The notes under the pieces were generated by a model. The model did not search any database. It was not told where the DNA came from and saw only the letters and a program-made list of their open reading frames with translations. Positions 18,278-27,176 of a DNA stretch of 64,000 nucleotides are shown here, one piece after another (within the stretch, counting starts at the first letter, position 1; each line of letters begins with the position of its first letter). Made by a program: the position numbers and the translations under genes. The stretch is taken from the UHGV virus genome UHGV-1410950; one strand, given 5' to 3'. This stretch comes from a virus.

Positions 18278-19069
18278 CTACTCGCCAGCAGCAAGCGGAA
18301 CAGCGCATTGATGACTAGCATTAAACGGGTATATCAGCCCGCACTTGTCACAGCACTTTGTCAGGCTGGATCCCTGCCAGTGTTGCAGGTTGTTGTTTGG
18401 GTTCCACGGGCTCTTTGGATCCTTCCAGTCGAAAGGCTCGCAGAATGATGCAGGTCTCAGCTCGACTGAATTACTGGCGCATTGATTTCCCCAAGTATGC
18501 CAGCCTTGGAGAGATTCACGCGCGAATAGCTCAATGCGTGGCACATCGCCATACAGCTCCTCGATGCGGTGGAAAATCTCTTTCGGCTTCTCGGAGTGCT
18601 CGCCCAGACAGGAGAAGATAATCTGGCGCACGCTGGCGCTGGCACGCTCCAGACCTTTGCCACGGACGGCGATCAGGGCGCTTTCCTGATTCTGGCGCGA
18701 GTAGTTGCCACCGTTGATTTTTACCTCGGCGTTCAGGAAGTCCAGCAGGTCTTCCCAGTCGAAGAACTCAGACCTATCCAGCTTGCGGTTAAATCGCTCA
18801 GGCGCGTTCTTGTTGAACTTCACCCACGTAAACGCTGTCATTGACCGGACATCGAAGCCCCACGCCTCAGCCAGTGCCACGGCCTCCTCGGCGTGCGTGG
18901 AGGTGTACCACATCACCAGCACGGCATCATCATCAGCCAGCGTCTCCACGGGCAGGCGCTTCATGTCACGCAGGCTCATGGTCGGGTAGTGGTTCTCAGC
19001 CGCCCCATTGCTGATCGTGTTGTTGTACTGCCACGGCGGATCGCACAGGATAACTTTGTACTTACCCAC
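18278..19069 (-). CDS. MT-A70-family DNA N6-adenine methyltransferase
   Basis: N-terminal VILCDPPWQY (DPPW) motif. Confidence 0.8.
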   Translation of the reverse strand: MGKYKVILCDPPWQYNNTISNGAAENHYPTMSLRDMKRLPVETLADDDAVLVMWYTSTHAEEAVALAEAWGFDVRSMTAFTWVKFNKNAPERFNRKLDRSEFFDWEDLLDFLNAEVKINGGNYSRQNQESALIAVRGKGLERASASVRQIIFSCLGEHSEKPKEIFHRIEELYGDVPRIELFARESLQGWHTWGNQCASNSVELRPASFCEPFDWKDPKSPWNPNNNLQHWQGSSLTKCCDKCGLIYPFNASHQCAVPLAAGE

Positions 19070-19253
19070 GGTTGCCCCCTTTGATTCGGGCCAGCTTATC
19101 GGCGGTGTTTTCGGTCGGCTGATACTTGGCGTTGGGGAATACCTTCGCCAGCACCTCAGAGTTGTTCACCTGATCAATGGCCTCGCACATGCAGGTATAA
19201 CCAGCTGGCAGCGCGTCGAGGTCGGGGATTTTACCGCACTTACATGGTCTCAT
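19062..19253 (-). CDS. small Cys-containing protein
   Basis: Start MRPCKCG with AGGGGAAA RBS. Confidence 0.4.
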   Translation of the reverse strand: MRPCKCGKIPDLDALPAGYTCMCEAIDQVNNSEVLAKVFPNAKYQPTENTADKLARIKGGNRG

Positions 19254-19785
19254 GGTCTGATTTCCCCTGATTGCTGGCGTCCAGCGCCTTTTCCAGCTGG
19301 TCGATGGCGACAGCCTGCACCAGCTTCCCATACTGACGGAAACAGGTGATGACCTTTCCTGCTTCGTCCCGGAGGTTGTCGATATAGCCGACGAGTGAGC
19401 CGCCCTCAGGGATCTCGCACTCCTGCGCTAGCTGGTAATAAATATCGGCAGCGTCCCGGTAAGCGGTCTGCCCGGTTCCCGGCTTAATCAGCAGCTCCTC
19501 GCGCAGAGCATCGCGCTCAGTGCTGGTGTTGTGCAGCTGGGTGCGCAGTCGGGCCAGCTCAATCTCCTGCTGCTCCAGCAGTGTGGTCAGCTCGGCATTG
19601 GCGTCGCGCTGGCTGTTCAGCTCGGCAGGCTTCAACAGGGCCAGCTGAGACATCAGGGAGTCAATCTCACGGTGCAGCGTTTCAGTGTGGATCTGCCCGT
19701 TGCGGTACAGGCGCACCAACGAGTTAAATTGCTTGCGCAAGGTCTCGTAATCCTCGGCGGGTTTCGGGTTGAATTCGGTAGCCAT
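19240..19785 (-). CDS. coiled-coil protein
   Basis: Heptad-like Leu/Glu/Arg-rich sequence, 181 aa. Confidence 0.5.
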   Translation of the reverse strand: MATEFNPKPAEDYETLRKQFNSLVRLYRNGQIHTETLHREIDSLMSQLALLKPAELNSQRDANAELTTLLEQQEIELARLRTQLHNTSTERDALREELLIKPGTGQTAYRDAADIYYQLAQECEIPEGGSLVGYIDNLRDEAGKVITCFRQYGKLVQAVAIDQLEKALDASNQGKSDHETM

Positions 19786-19787
19786 GG

Positions 19788-20069
19788 TTATTCGCCCTCT
19801 TTCGGGGTTGTGGTCTTCTCCGCACGCAGCACCATGCGGGTGCCATCCTCCAGATCCCAGTGAATCTCACCGCCCTCAGCCATCACCAGCTGATACACCA
19901 GCTGAGCGGCCTCATTAGTCACATCACGGCCCCGGTCATTGCCGACGCGGTGAAGATGACCGTTATCCATCCGCTTCATCTTCGCCAGCTGGATGGTCTT
20001 TGTGAGCGGGGAGAATCCCAGCTCCAGACGCGGGGCGCGTTTGACTTCTACGCCTACTTTGTTAGCCAT
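19788..20069 (-). CDS. hypothetical protein
   Basis: 93-aa ORF. Confidence 0.5.
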   Translation of the reverse strand: MANKVGVEVKRAPRLELGFSPLTKTIQLAKMKRMDNGHLHRVGNDRGRDVTNEAAQLVYQLVMAEGGEIHWDLEDGTRMVLRAEKTTTPKEGE

Positions 20070-20071
20070 GG

Positions 20072-20548
20072 TTAATCCTTGAAAAAAGTTACCCAGTGGG
20101 TGTTTGCCCGGATGCCGGACGGATGACCGAAAGCGGGTTTCATTTCCGCCAGTTTGAGCAGCTCGCGGGTTGGCACATGCAGCTCATTCCATTTGAAGAT
20201 CAGCGTGCCGTGCGGCTTGAGCACGCGCCATGCCTCAGCGAATCCGGCGCGGATGTCATCGCGCCATGTCTTCTTGTTCAGGATGCCGTACTTCTTGCCC
20301 TGCCAGCCGTTTGGCCCGCACTTGAGCAAATGAGGCGGGTCGAACACGATGAGGCTAAACGTGGCGTCGGCAAACGGCAGCGCCCGGAAGTCAGCCACGA
20401 TGTCGGGATGGATTTTCAGCTCCCGGTCATCGCATAAGATATGCTCCTCGTCCCGGATATCCATGAAGACGACGCGGGGATCCTCCCGGTCGAACCAAAA
20501 CATGCGCGAACCGCAGCACATGTCGAGAATGGGTTTGTTAGTGGTCAT
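20072..20548 (-). CDS. small SAM-dependent DNA methyltransferase
   Basis: Motif I LDMCCGSR and motif IV VFDPPH. Confidence 0.7.
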   Translation of the reverse strand: MTTNKPILDMCCGSRMFWFDREDPRVVFMDIRDEEHILCDDRELKIHPDIVADFRALPFADATFSLIVFDPPHLLKCGPNGWQGKKYGILNKKTWRDDIRAGFAEAWRVLKPHGTLIFKWNELHVPTRELLKLAEMKPAFGHPSGIRANTHWVTFFKD

Positions 20549-20793
20549 GCGGCCTTCTTTTTGGTTTTGTGGTACACGGCCCAGCTCAGGGCATCCAGCT
20601 TCTTCATCCCCTTGGTGTCATACAGGAAGATGGTCGGCCTGCCGTTCTCTACGCAGCGCCCATCGGCGTCGCGGGGATTGGCGTGCTCCTCTTTGACCTG
20701 CCGCTCCAGCTCGGCAAGGTCATCGAAAGAGTGCTGGGCCAGCAGGTGCGCTTTCCAGCCGTAATTACGGATTTTCACGATCCCGCTCCTCAT
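20545..20793 (-). CDS. hypothetical protein
   Basis: 82-aa ORF, ATGA-coupled. Confidence 0.45.
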   Translation of the reverse strand: MRSGIVKIRNYGWKAHLLAQHSFDDLAELERQVKEEHANPRDADGRCVENGRPTIFLYDTKGMKKLDALSWAVYHKTKKKAA

Positions 20794-21178
20794 GCGCCAC
20801 GCCTGACTCTTTGAGCATATCGGTCGCCGTGTCCAGTGTGACGATCACCCATGAATCTGGGTTCATCATGTCTTCCATCGTGCGCCCGTTGGTTGCCAGC
20901 TTGCGGGCCAGCTTCTTCTCCATCTGGTGATTCTCGTCCTCGATCACCTTGATGAAAGACTCAGGGAAAAAGCTGGTCGCCATCTGCTCCAGCGTCCTGC
21001 GCAGGCGCGGGGATTCAACAGAGCGCAGGCGGTAGCGGGCGCAGCCATTCAGCGCTTGTCGCACGCTGCGCTTGTCATACTTAGCGGCGGCACGGCACAA
21101 ATTGAGGATGTCCAGCGTGTCCGGGAATTCAGCGTACTGGCTGAGGCGGATCATCTGCTGGACGGGGCTCAGTTTCAT
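20765..21178 (-). CDS. hypothetical protein
   Basis: ORF; the start is uncertain (21178 or 21238). Confidence 0.45.
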   Translation of the reverse strand: MKLSPVQQMIRLSQYAEFPDTLDILNLCRAAAKYDKRSVRQALNGCARYRLRSVESPRLRRTLEQMATSFFPESFIKVIEDENHQMEKKLARKLATNGRTMEDMMNPDSWVIVTLDTATDMLKESGVAHEERDRENP

Positions 21179-21200
21179 GGGTCGGTTATCCTTGCGTTGG

Positions 21201-21425
21201 TTATTCTTCGAGTACAGCAGCCAGCTTCTTCCTGGCATCTTTTAGTTGTTGCGCATACATCCAGTCAGTGCCCCCGTACTCGCGGCGAATGGTGATATCG
21301 ACAGTCCGCCCGCAGTCGAGGCGGCGGCGCAGGTAATACCCGCCATACGGGAAATGCTCATCGGCTGGAATGGGCATATTGGTGATTTTCTTAGACATTG
21401 CGGGCCTCTCTCTCTTTGGTGGCAA
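21201..21425 (-). CDS. hypothetical protein
   Basis: 74-aa ORF. Confidence 0.45.
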   Translation of the reverse strand: MPPKRERPAMSKKITNMPIPADEHFPYGGYYLRRRLDCGRTVDITIRREYGGTDWMYAQQLKDARKKLAAVLEE

Positions 21426-21648
21426 AATGCAGTTGCATTACACGGTCGTGTAATTCCATTCTGGCATCACGGCCTCGCTTTTTCTCGATGGCATCCAGCA
21501 GCGCATAACGGTCGGCCTTGGTCGGGAGGTTCAGCACGTACCGGGCCTCACATTCCAGTAACCATTCGCGGGAATCGCTTGGCACCTGCTGACCATTCAC
21601 CAGCTCCACCAGTGGGGCCTTCCAGCTGCACGCGTTTCTCGTTTCCAT
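21391..21648 (-). CDS. hypothetical protein
   Basis: 85-aa ORF with GGAG RBS. Promoter-like element at 21679-21706 upstream. Confidence 0.5.
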   Translation of the reverse strand: METRNACSWKAPLVELVNGQQVPSDSREWLLECEARYVLNLPTKADRYALLDAIEKKRGRDARMELHDRVMQLHFATKEREARNV

Positions 21649-21678
21649 AGTCTGCTCCTTACGTCATATGCGACGTTG

Positions 21679-21706
21679 ATAATACATCATTTATGATGCG
21701 ACGCAA
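21679..21706 (-). promoter_or_regulatory. sigma70-like promoter TTGCGT-16-TATTAT
   Basis: Preceded by a hairpin + U6 (21707-21735). CGTCGCATATGACGTAA element in the leader. Confidence 0.4.
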
Positions 21707-21750
21707 ACAAAAAAGGCCCGCATTAGCGAGCCTTATTGAGATCGAACTTA

Positions 21751-22236
21751 TTACCGGACGGTGTGGATTGTTGCGCCAGCGCTGTTCATCACAAACACGG
21801 AGTCGCCGGGGTAGACGAACTGATAAAACACGCCTTTGGTAAACTCGTTATCGTTCAGCGCCCCGCGCTCATGATGCTCGGCATCCAGCACGACAATGCC
21901 CAGAGCCTGACCGATCCAGAATTCCGGGCGACGGTGTTCGATCATTTCCTCAGGGTAGAGGATTTTGGTCGCCTCGGCGTCCTCGTAGAATGGAGGATGA
22001 AATTCGAGGTAATCATACCCGCCCAGCTCTTTCCAGTCGTTAGTCTTGCCGTAGTTGCAGCACCCCACGGTTTCCTCAACAGGCAGCGAGTTGATGTAAT
22101 CGCTCTCGCGGTTGTTGCACTCCACCAGATGTGCCATAACCTGATCCCATGTCTCGGAACCGGGCAGCGCGATAACTGGCGTCTTGACCTCATGGATCAC
22201 CACAACATTGTTGATAATAGTCTTGATAGTAAACAT
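21751..22236 (-). CDS. hypothetical protein
   Basis: Start MFTIKTI with AGGAGAAAGAC RBS. Confidence 0.55.
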   Translation of the reverse strand: MFTIKTIINNVVVIHEVKTPVIALPGSETWDQVMAHLVECNNRESDYINSLPVEETVGCCNYGKTNDWKELGGYDYLEFHPPFYEDAEATKILYPEEMIEHRRPEFWIGQALGIVVLDAEHHERGALNDNEFTKGVFYQFVYPGDSVFVMNSAGATIHTVR

Positions 22237-22313
22237 GTCTTTCTCCTGATTTCTTCGGCTTCTGGTTGAATTGCCGCATCGCTGCGGCATCAGGAGAATA
22301 CTGTCACGACGCA

Positions 22314-22649
22314 TTAAAACTCGTCACCCACGTAAAATACAAGTACCCCACTAACTAACTCCCATCTCCACTTATCATCTTCGATGATTTTTTCTTTATC
22401 ACCGACATCTAATATCGACTCTTTTCCGAAAACATCATCAACAAAAACAAGCCGCCCATAATCACCGCAAATAATTGGTGCCATTTCTGATATTCCTTCA
22501 CCATACGAAGCCCAGCCTATAATCGGGACGTAGAATGAATTCAGCCCCTTGAGGTGTGCCGCTGCTTCTACTTTTCCTGCTTCAACCTCCACATACCAGA
22601 ACTGACCTGCGGGGCATGGGATAAAACTATTTGAATTTATTTTTGACAT
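22314..22649 (-). CDS. hypothetical protein in an AT-rich segment
   Basis: 111-aa ORF. Local GC is clearly lower than the flanks. Confidence 0.5.
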   Translation of the reverse strand: MSKINSNSFIPCPAGQFWYVEVEAGKVEAAAHLKGLNSFYVPIIGWASYGEGISEMAPIICGDYGRLVFVDDVFGKESILDVGDKEKIIEDDKWRWELVSGVLVFYVGDEF

Positions 22650-22655
22650 TATTAA

Positions 22656-22838
22656 TTACCTCTCTGGTCTACGTTGATTATCAATTATTTTATTTAGTTC
22701 AGTGGTTAGTAGCCAGTAGCTGCCCCCCGGTCTCGTTATGCCGTCAGGTGCTGGGATTTTTCCCAAAATAACCAAACGCTCTAATTGGCGAATGCTAACT
22801 CTTAATTTTTTCGCCATGTCTGGCTTAAAAACTCGCAT
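22656..22838 (-). CDS. AlpA-like helix-turn-helix regulator
   Basis: MRVFKPDMAKKLRVSIRQLERLVILGKIPAP.GITRPGGSYWLL resembles AlpA/excisionase-type DNA-binding proteins. AAGGAA RBS. Confidence 0.55.
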   Translation of the reverse strand: MRVFKPDMAKKLRVSIRQLERLVILGKIPAPDGITRPGGSYWLLTTELNKIIDNQRRPER

Positions 22839-23064
22839 GGGTTGATTCCTTGCGTAATAGCCGGACGTAATAGACCAGCCATGATTTCGGGGTGATGGTG
22901 CCGGGCAACATAGCCGGAAGTTGGGCCACATGCTTATCAAGCACCTCAGTGATTATGGCGTCCCGCGAAGCGGCGGGATCACCATCAATGCGTTGCAGCA
23001 TTTCAGCCAGGCATAACCGGGCGCTTTGCCGCAGCGCATTTTTCAGCTCCTGCGGCAGTGCCAT
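22825..23064 (-). CDS. hypothetical protein
   Basis: 79-aa ORF. Confidence 0.45.
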   Translation of the reverse strand: MALPQELKNALRQSARLCLAEMLQRIDGDPAASRDAIITEVLDKHVAQLPAMLPGTITPKSWLVYYVRLLRKESTHASF

Positions 23065-23609
23065 TATTGCGCCGGGGCCTGCGCGTCACCATCAAGCGGG
23101 TGCGCAGCAGGATCAGCGGTCGCGCCAGCTCCTACCAGCTCGTTTTCCGGCCCAGCCACTTCCGGCTTTGGGGTGGCAACATCTGCCGGGTTAGCCTGCC
23201 AGCGACGATAGAGATCCATCGCTTTGGCCTGCTCCTCTGCACGCTTCTGGAAATGCTCGCCAAACTCGCGCGGGTAGAACCAGACATCATCGATCAGGTT
23301 GCCGATGCCAATAATCTGATTCCCCTGAATGGCGATACGGCACGCCTGACCATTCAGCGCTTCCCACGTAGCCACTCCAACGGTGCTCAGCACGCGACCG
23401 ATGTACGAGATACCGAAAGCAGTCTGCTGGTCTTCCTGCTCCATTGACTGCGCATCAGCGTGCAGGATGTAGCCGCCAAAGTTAACGCCCAGATTAGCCG
23501 CTTTCAGCTGAATGGACGAATTCATGGTAGAGCCATCCCATCCCAGCTGGGTGTTAACGATACGGGCGTTGAGCACCTCAACCGGGCGCTGTTCAGTGGT
23601 TTGTTCCAT
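23064..23609 (-). CDS. hypothetical protein
   Basis: 181-aa ORF. Confidence 0.5.
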   Translation of the reverse strand: MEQTTEQRPVEVLNARIVNTQLGWDGSTMNSSIQLKAANLGVNFGGYILHADAQSMEQEDQQTAFGISYIGRVLSTVGVATWEALNGQACRIAIQGNQIIGIGNLIDDVWFYPREFGEHFQKRAEEQAKAMDLYRRWQANPADVATPKPEVAGPENELVGAGATADPAAHPLDGDAQAPAQ

Positions 23610-23618
23610 GGTAAATCC

Positions 23619-23981
23619 TTATCGGGTTTGTTTTGAATGGTCGAGCTCGGCAAGCGCCTCACTCATCTTTTCGAGTGCTTCAATCATCTGCCCACTGGCT
23701 GACAGTGGGCCGCGCGTGCTGGCCTGTTCTGTCAGCAGCTTGCAGGCATCAACAACCTTCCTGATAGCTGGCAGGGAGCCCATAGACAGCATCTGCATGA
23801 AATAGAACTCCCCCGGCATGATGGTTGACAGCATTTCGCCGCTGCCTGCCGGATCTCTGCGGCCTTCTTCCTTACGCTGATAATTGCGAAGGGTATGGCC
23901 CAGCAGGTCAGCCATTGCCTGCTGCGTCATGCCTGCGGCAATGCGGGCCTCACGTACTTCTGCCCCGGTGATTTTAATCAT
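23619..23981 (-). CDS. XRE-family helix-turn-helix protein
   Basis: VREARIAAGMTQQAMADLLGHTLRNYQRKE helix-turn-helix. Confidence 0.7.
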   Translation of the reverse strand: MIKITGAEVREARIAAGMTQQAMADLLGHTLRNYQRKEEGRRDPAGSGEMLSTIMPGEFYFMQMLSMGSLPAIRKVVDACKLLTEQASTRGPLSASGQMIEALEKMSEALAELDHSKQTR

Positions 23982-24027
23982 TGGTGTTTCCTGCTTAGTT
24001 CAAAGGTACGGCAAGTGTAGCACGTCA

Positions 24028-24498
24028 TCACTGACGCAATCCAGCATTCTGGTAGTTTGCATACTTGGCGTCGGTCGCCATTTCATCCAGCATCGCCCGC
24101 AGGCCGCTGACGCCGTGACGCATGATCCCAAAGTGAAGGGCGGCGTGCAGGAATACATCGGCGTTGTTGTCTCCTTGGCGATTGACGCGGGGGATGATGG
24201 TCTTGCTGTTAGACATCCCGGTATCGACGGGGATGATGACCTGCCCGCCCAGCTGGGGAGCACGCTCGCCCGGCAGCATGTCGCGCAGCCAGCGCTTACA
24301 CGCAATGGCCTGCTCCAGCGCCTTTTCAGCCGTGCGGTGCTCGCTGACAGTGGCGGCGTGGCACAGTGCCCCGTTAACCATGCCGGACAGGATGACGCGA
24401 CGGCCTTTGGTCGCCACAATCAGATCCGCGTAACCTTCGGCCTTGGCCTGCTTCACGCACGCGGCGAGGTGGTGTTTGCTTGGTGCGCTCTTAGCCAT
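24028..24498 (-). CDS. hypothetical protein
   Basis: 156-aa ORF. CGTCA-N4-TGACG palindrome at its 3' end. Confidence 0.5.
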   Translation of the reverse strand: MAKSAPSKHHLAACVKQAKAEGYADLIVATKGRRVILSGMVNGALCHAATVSEHRTAEKALEQAIACKRWLRDMLPGERAPQLGGQVIIPVDTGMSNSKTIIPRVNRQGDNNADVFLHAALHFGIMRHGVSGLRAMLDEMATDAKYANYQNAGLRQ

Positions 24499-24778
24499 TC
24501 TCGCGGTCTCCTCGCATTGCCAGAATCATATCGTGTGCGAACTCGGCACCTTCCAGCGTCTTGAGATACTTCTCAGCTTTTTCCTGGTCGAATTCATCAA
24601 ATACCTTATCGCGGTTGCCTTCGCCCACTTCCCCCTCAGGGAATGAGAAACCCATATCCAGCTCAGCATCCTGAGCCATAACAATCAGGGACAGCTTTGG
24701 GCGGTCGTCATCATCGAATGACTTCTTAACGAGCAGCTGGCGACCGTGCGCCTCGAATACTTTTGCAAAACGTTCCAT
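24491..24778 (-). CDS. hypothetical acidic protein
   Basis: Start MERFAKVF with AAGGA RBS. The track's N-terminal extension would overlap the promoter. Confidence 0.5.
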   Translation of the reverse strand: MERFAKVFEAHGRQLLVKKSFDDDDRPKLSLIVMAQDAELDMGFSFPEGEVGEGNRDKVFDEFDQEKAEKYLKTLEGAEFAHDMILAMRGDRENG

Positions 24779-24814
24779 GGGGAATCCTTGGTTGTCGGTT
24801 GGTGAAGTTTTTAT

Positions 24815-24843
24815 TATACGCCATAGGTGACACGCCAACAATG
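24815..24843 (-). promoter_or_regulatory. sigma70-like promoter TTGTTG-17-TATAAT
   Basis: Minus strand reads TTGTTGgcgtgtcacctatggcgTATAAT, directly downstream of terminator 24852-24873. Confidence 0.5.
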
Positions 24844-24851
24844 ACGCATAA

Positions 24852-24873
24852 TAAAAAAGCCCCCGCAGGGGCT
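24852..24873 (-). terminator. rho-independent terminator after the Eib-like gene
   Basis: gcccc-cgca-ggggc with A6 on +. Confidence 0.6.
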
Positions 24874-24890
24874 TCTAATTACAGATCGGT

Positions 24891-26045
24891 TTACCAGCCG
24901 TATGAAGCCCCGACGCCGACTACAAAGTTATGCTGGGTGTCGTTGGACACGGACGCCTTAATAACGGTGTTCTGAGAGGCGCGGGCAGAGAAGCCGACAG
25001 CCAGCGCAGATTCGCCATCAGTGTTACCAGCGCCAGCGCCGATAGCAAAGGTCTGGTGCTCCAGTACCTGCGGGATGTTTGCCATGGCGGCGACGCCTGC
25101 GATACCTGCTGACGCACGTTTGCGGTTGTCATCGATCTGCTTGTTCAGGTCGGCAAACTTGCTATTGGTCTGCGATTCCAGCCCCTGAATGCGCTGCTCA
25201 TGGTTGGCAATATCGGCGGTGTTCTGGGCTACACGCTTATTGGTCGCATCCAGAGCCTGACGGTTCGCCTCAGAGTGGGCATACGCCGCATCAGCGCGAG
25301 ACTGCGCATACGCGCCAGTGTCCTGCGCCTGTTTCACGCCAGCGCTCAGCGTGGTGAACTGGCTTGAGCGGGTGGAGGTCTCAGCCGCCAGAGCGGAATC
25401 CTGACGCTGCTGGTCTACAGCAAAATCAGCCTGGTTGACTTTGGTCGCCAGAGCATTGGTGTTGCTGGTAATGCGCAGGTCATGGTCAGCCAGTGCCGCA
25501 TCATGCTGCTGGTCGGCAGCTTTGCGGTCATTGGTCTCATTGGTAAGAGCCACGCCGTTACCCACTACGCCTGCCAGTGCGGCATCCGCTTTATCACTAT
25601 TCGTGGAGATCAGCGCATCCTGATCGTTGTCGCGGACTGCCTGTGCAGCCTTATCGGCATCATACGCGGTCTGGTCAACCTTATCAGCCAGGCCATTCAG
25701 TGCCGCCTGCGCATCGGTCTTGGCAGAGCCAGCCAGATTCAAAGCAGAGCTCGCTTCCTGCTGTGCGGCGTCCGCTTTCTGGTCAACGGCGATCACACCC
25801 AGCTTGGTGCTTTGCAGGTCGGCATCCACACTGGTGATGCGGTCGCCCAGTTGAGTATCGCGGGTTTCAGAGTCCAGCTTGTTCTGGGTGATTTGGTTCT
25901 GGTGATCGTTGATCAGGTCGCTGGTTACATTTGCGCGGGCGTCCTGAATGCGGTCATATGCAGACGGGGACGGATTCGGAGCAGCAATCGCTGCGGAAGT
26001 GGTGGCAGTAAAAGTCAGAGCGATAGCCAGCTTGGTCAGTTTCAT
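24891..26045 (-). CDS. trimeric autotransporter adhesin of the YadA/Eib type
   Basis: Signal peptide MKLTKLAIALTFTATTSAAIAAP. Long coiled-coil stalk. C-terminal YadA-like anchor ending ...VGVGASYGW. Confidence 0.75.
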   Translation of the reverse strand: MKLTKLAIALTFTATTSAAIAAPNPSPSAYDRIQDARANVTSDLINDHQNQITQNKLDSETRDTQLGDRITSVDADLQSTKLGVIAVDQKADAAQQEASSALNLAGSAKTDAQAALNGLADKVDQTAYDADKAAQAVRDNDQDALISTNSDKADAALAGVVGNGVALTNETNDRKAADQQHDAALADHDLRITSNTNALATKVNQADFAVDQQRQDSALAAETSTRSSQFTTLSAGVKQAQDTGAYAQSRADAAYAHSEANRQALDATNKRVAQNTADIANHEQRIQGLESQTNSKFADLNKQIDDNRKRASAGIAGVAAMANIPQVLEHQTFAIGAGAGNTDGESALAVGFSARASQNTVIKASVSNDTQHNFVVGVGASYGW

Positions 26046-26098
26046 TTAAAGCCTCATTATTAGGTGGTTTATTGGGTGTTTCCCGTGTTGACGAGGAG

Positions 26099-26127
26099 AA
26101 CTATACGGCACGCATGACGCGTCCGCA
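26099..26127 (-). promoter_or_regulatory. sigma70-like promoter TTGCGG-17-TATAGT for the Eib-like gene
   Basis: Minus strand reads TTGCGGacgcgtcatgcgtgccgTATAGT. TGAGG RBS before the ATG at 26045. Confidence 0.45.
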
Positions 26128-26228
26128 ATAGCGCAATGATAAATTTTCCGTATTATTCCGCTGGAATGATTCAGGGGACTGATTGGAAAGGAGATTTATT
26201 TTAGCCCCCGTGGGCTGGGGGCTAAAGA

Positions 26229-26444
26229 TTAGCGCGGGATGAATGGCTTCTGGGTGAAGACCTCAGCCTGAGGGAAGTCAAAAGAGACCTCCGGTGCCAT
26301 TGCCTGAGAAGGCAGTGACTTGATGTGCTGGGATCCATCTGGCAGGAATACGCCAGCAAGGTAACGCGGCACCTGAATGACGTTTGCAGCCAGTGCATAG
26401 CCCGGTGGTGCTGCGGGATTAACGGTATCGTCGATTGTAGCCAT
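26229..26444 (-). CDS. hypothetical protein
   Basis: ATG directly follows hairpin 26449-26475. SD (GAGGG) in the stem. Confidence 0.45.
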   Translation of the reverse strand: MATIDDTVNPAAPPGYALAANVIQVPRYLAGVFLPDGSQHIKSLPSQAMAPEVSFDFPQAEVFTQKPFIPR

Positions 26445-26448
26445 GGGT

Positions 26449-26475
26449 AAAAAGCCCTCGTTATGTCTGAGGGCT
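26449..26475 (-). terminator. terminator-like hairpin + U5 abutting the start codon
   Basis: agccctc-gttatgtct-gagggct with A5 on +. Confidence 0.45.
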
Positions 26476-26489
26476 CCAGTATGCCGTCA

Positions 26490-26711
26490 CTACCTCCGGC
26501 GATTAATCTCATGGTACAGCGCAGCCATAAAAATACCGATGGCGACGGGCCAGCACAGCATGACCATCAGCAGCGTCTGGGGTGGCATCTTCTTCCCGGC
26601 GATCCCCATTTTGTCTGAGATGAAGTCAATCATGATAACTGCTGCGCCTATCAGCAGCGCGACAGCACCGTACACTTGCAGCTTCTCCAGCCAGAATTCA
26701 CTCACTGCCAT
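26490..26711 (-). CDS. small two-helix membrane protein
   Basis: Two hydrophobic segments. Confidence 0.5.
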   Translation of the reverse strand: MAVSEFWLEKLQVYGAVALLIGAAVIMIDFISDKMGIAGKKMPPQTLLMVMLCWPVAIGIFMAALYHEINRRR

Positions 26712-26899
26712 GGCTCCTCATACCAGGTGGAAAGCGCCACATATGCGGTGACGGGCCAGAGCGCCGCCTGAATGAGCAGGAAGCCCACGGCTTTACGCTT
26801 CGGGTGCATACGCGGCACCCATTTGCGCAGGCCCAGCAGCAGCACCACTAAAAAGCCAGCCCAGTACAGGGCCAGCGATACGATGATTTCAGTCTGCAT
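26702..26899 (-). CDS. small two-helix membrane protein
   Basis: Two hydrophobic segments. Confidence 0.5.
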   Translation of the reverse strand: MQTEIIVSLALYWAGFLVVLLLGLRKWVPRMHPKRKAVGFLLIQAALWPVTAYVALSTWYEEPWQ

Positions 26900-27176
26900 T
26901 GTGCAATGCCTTCCCGATCCGCTCGATGCCTTTCAGCGCCTGCTCCAGATTGTCAAAGCCTGCGGCCTTCACCATCTGGTCGATGCGCTCAACGGCGTCT
27001 GTCATCTGGTTGCCCATGTCCAGCAGCAGGATAACCAGCTCAGGCCGGACGATATCGACAAATTGCCGCACCGCAGCACGCCCGGCTAACGTGTCCTGCC
27101 AGTCTCCGTGGATGGATGACAGCACGGTGGCCGCCACGCGCATCTTCACCTCATGCTCCGGCGTGATGTCGGTCAT
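26889..27176 (-). CDS. hypothetical protein
   Basis: Start MTDITPEHEV in an ATGA overlap. Confidence 0.45.
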   Translation of the reverse strand: MTDITPEHEVKMRVAATVLSSIHGDWQDTLAGRAAVRQFVDIVRPELVILLLDMGNQMTDAVERIDQMVKAAGFDNLEQALKGIERIGKALHNAD

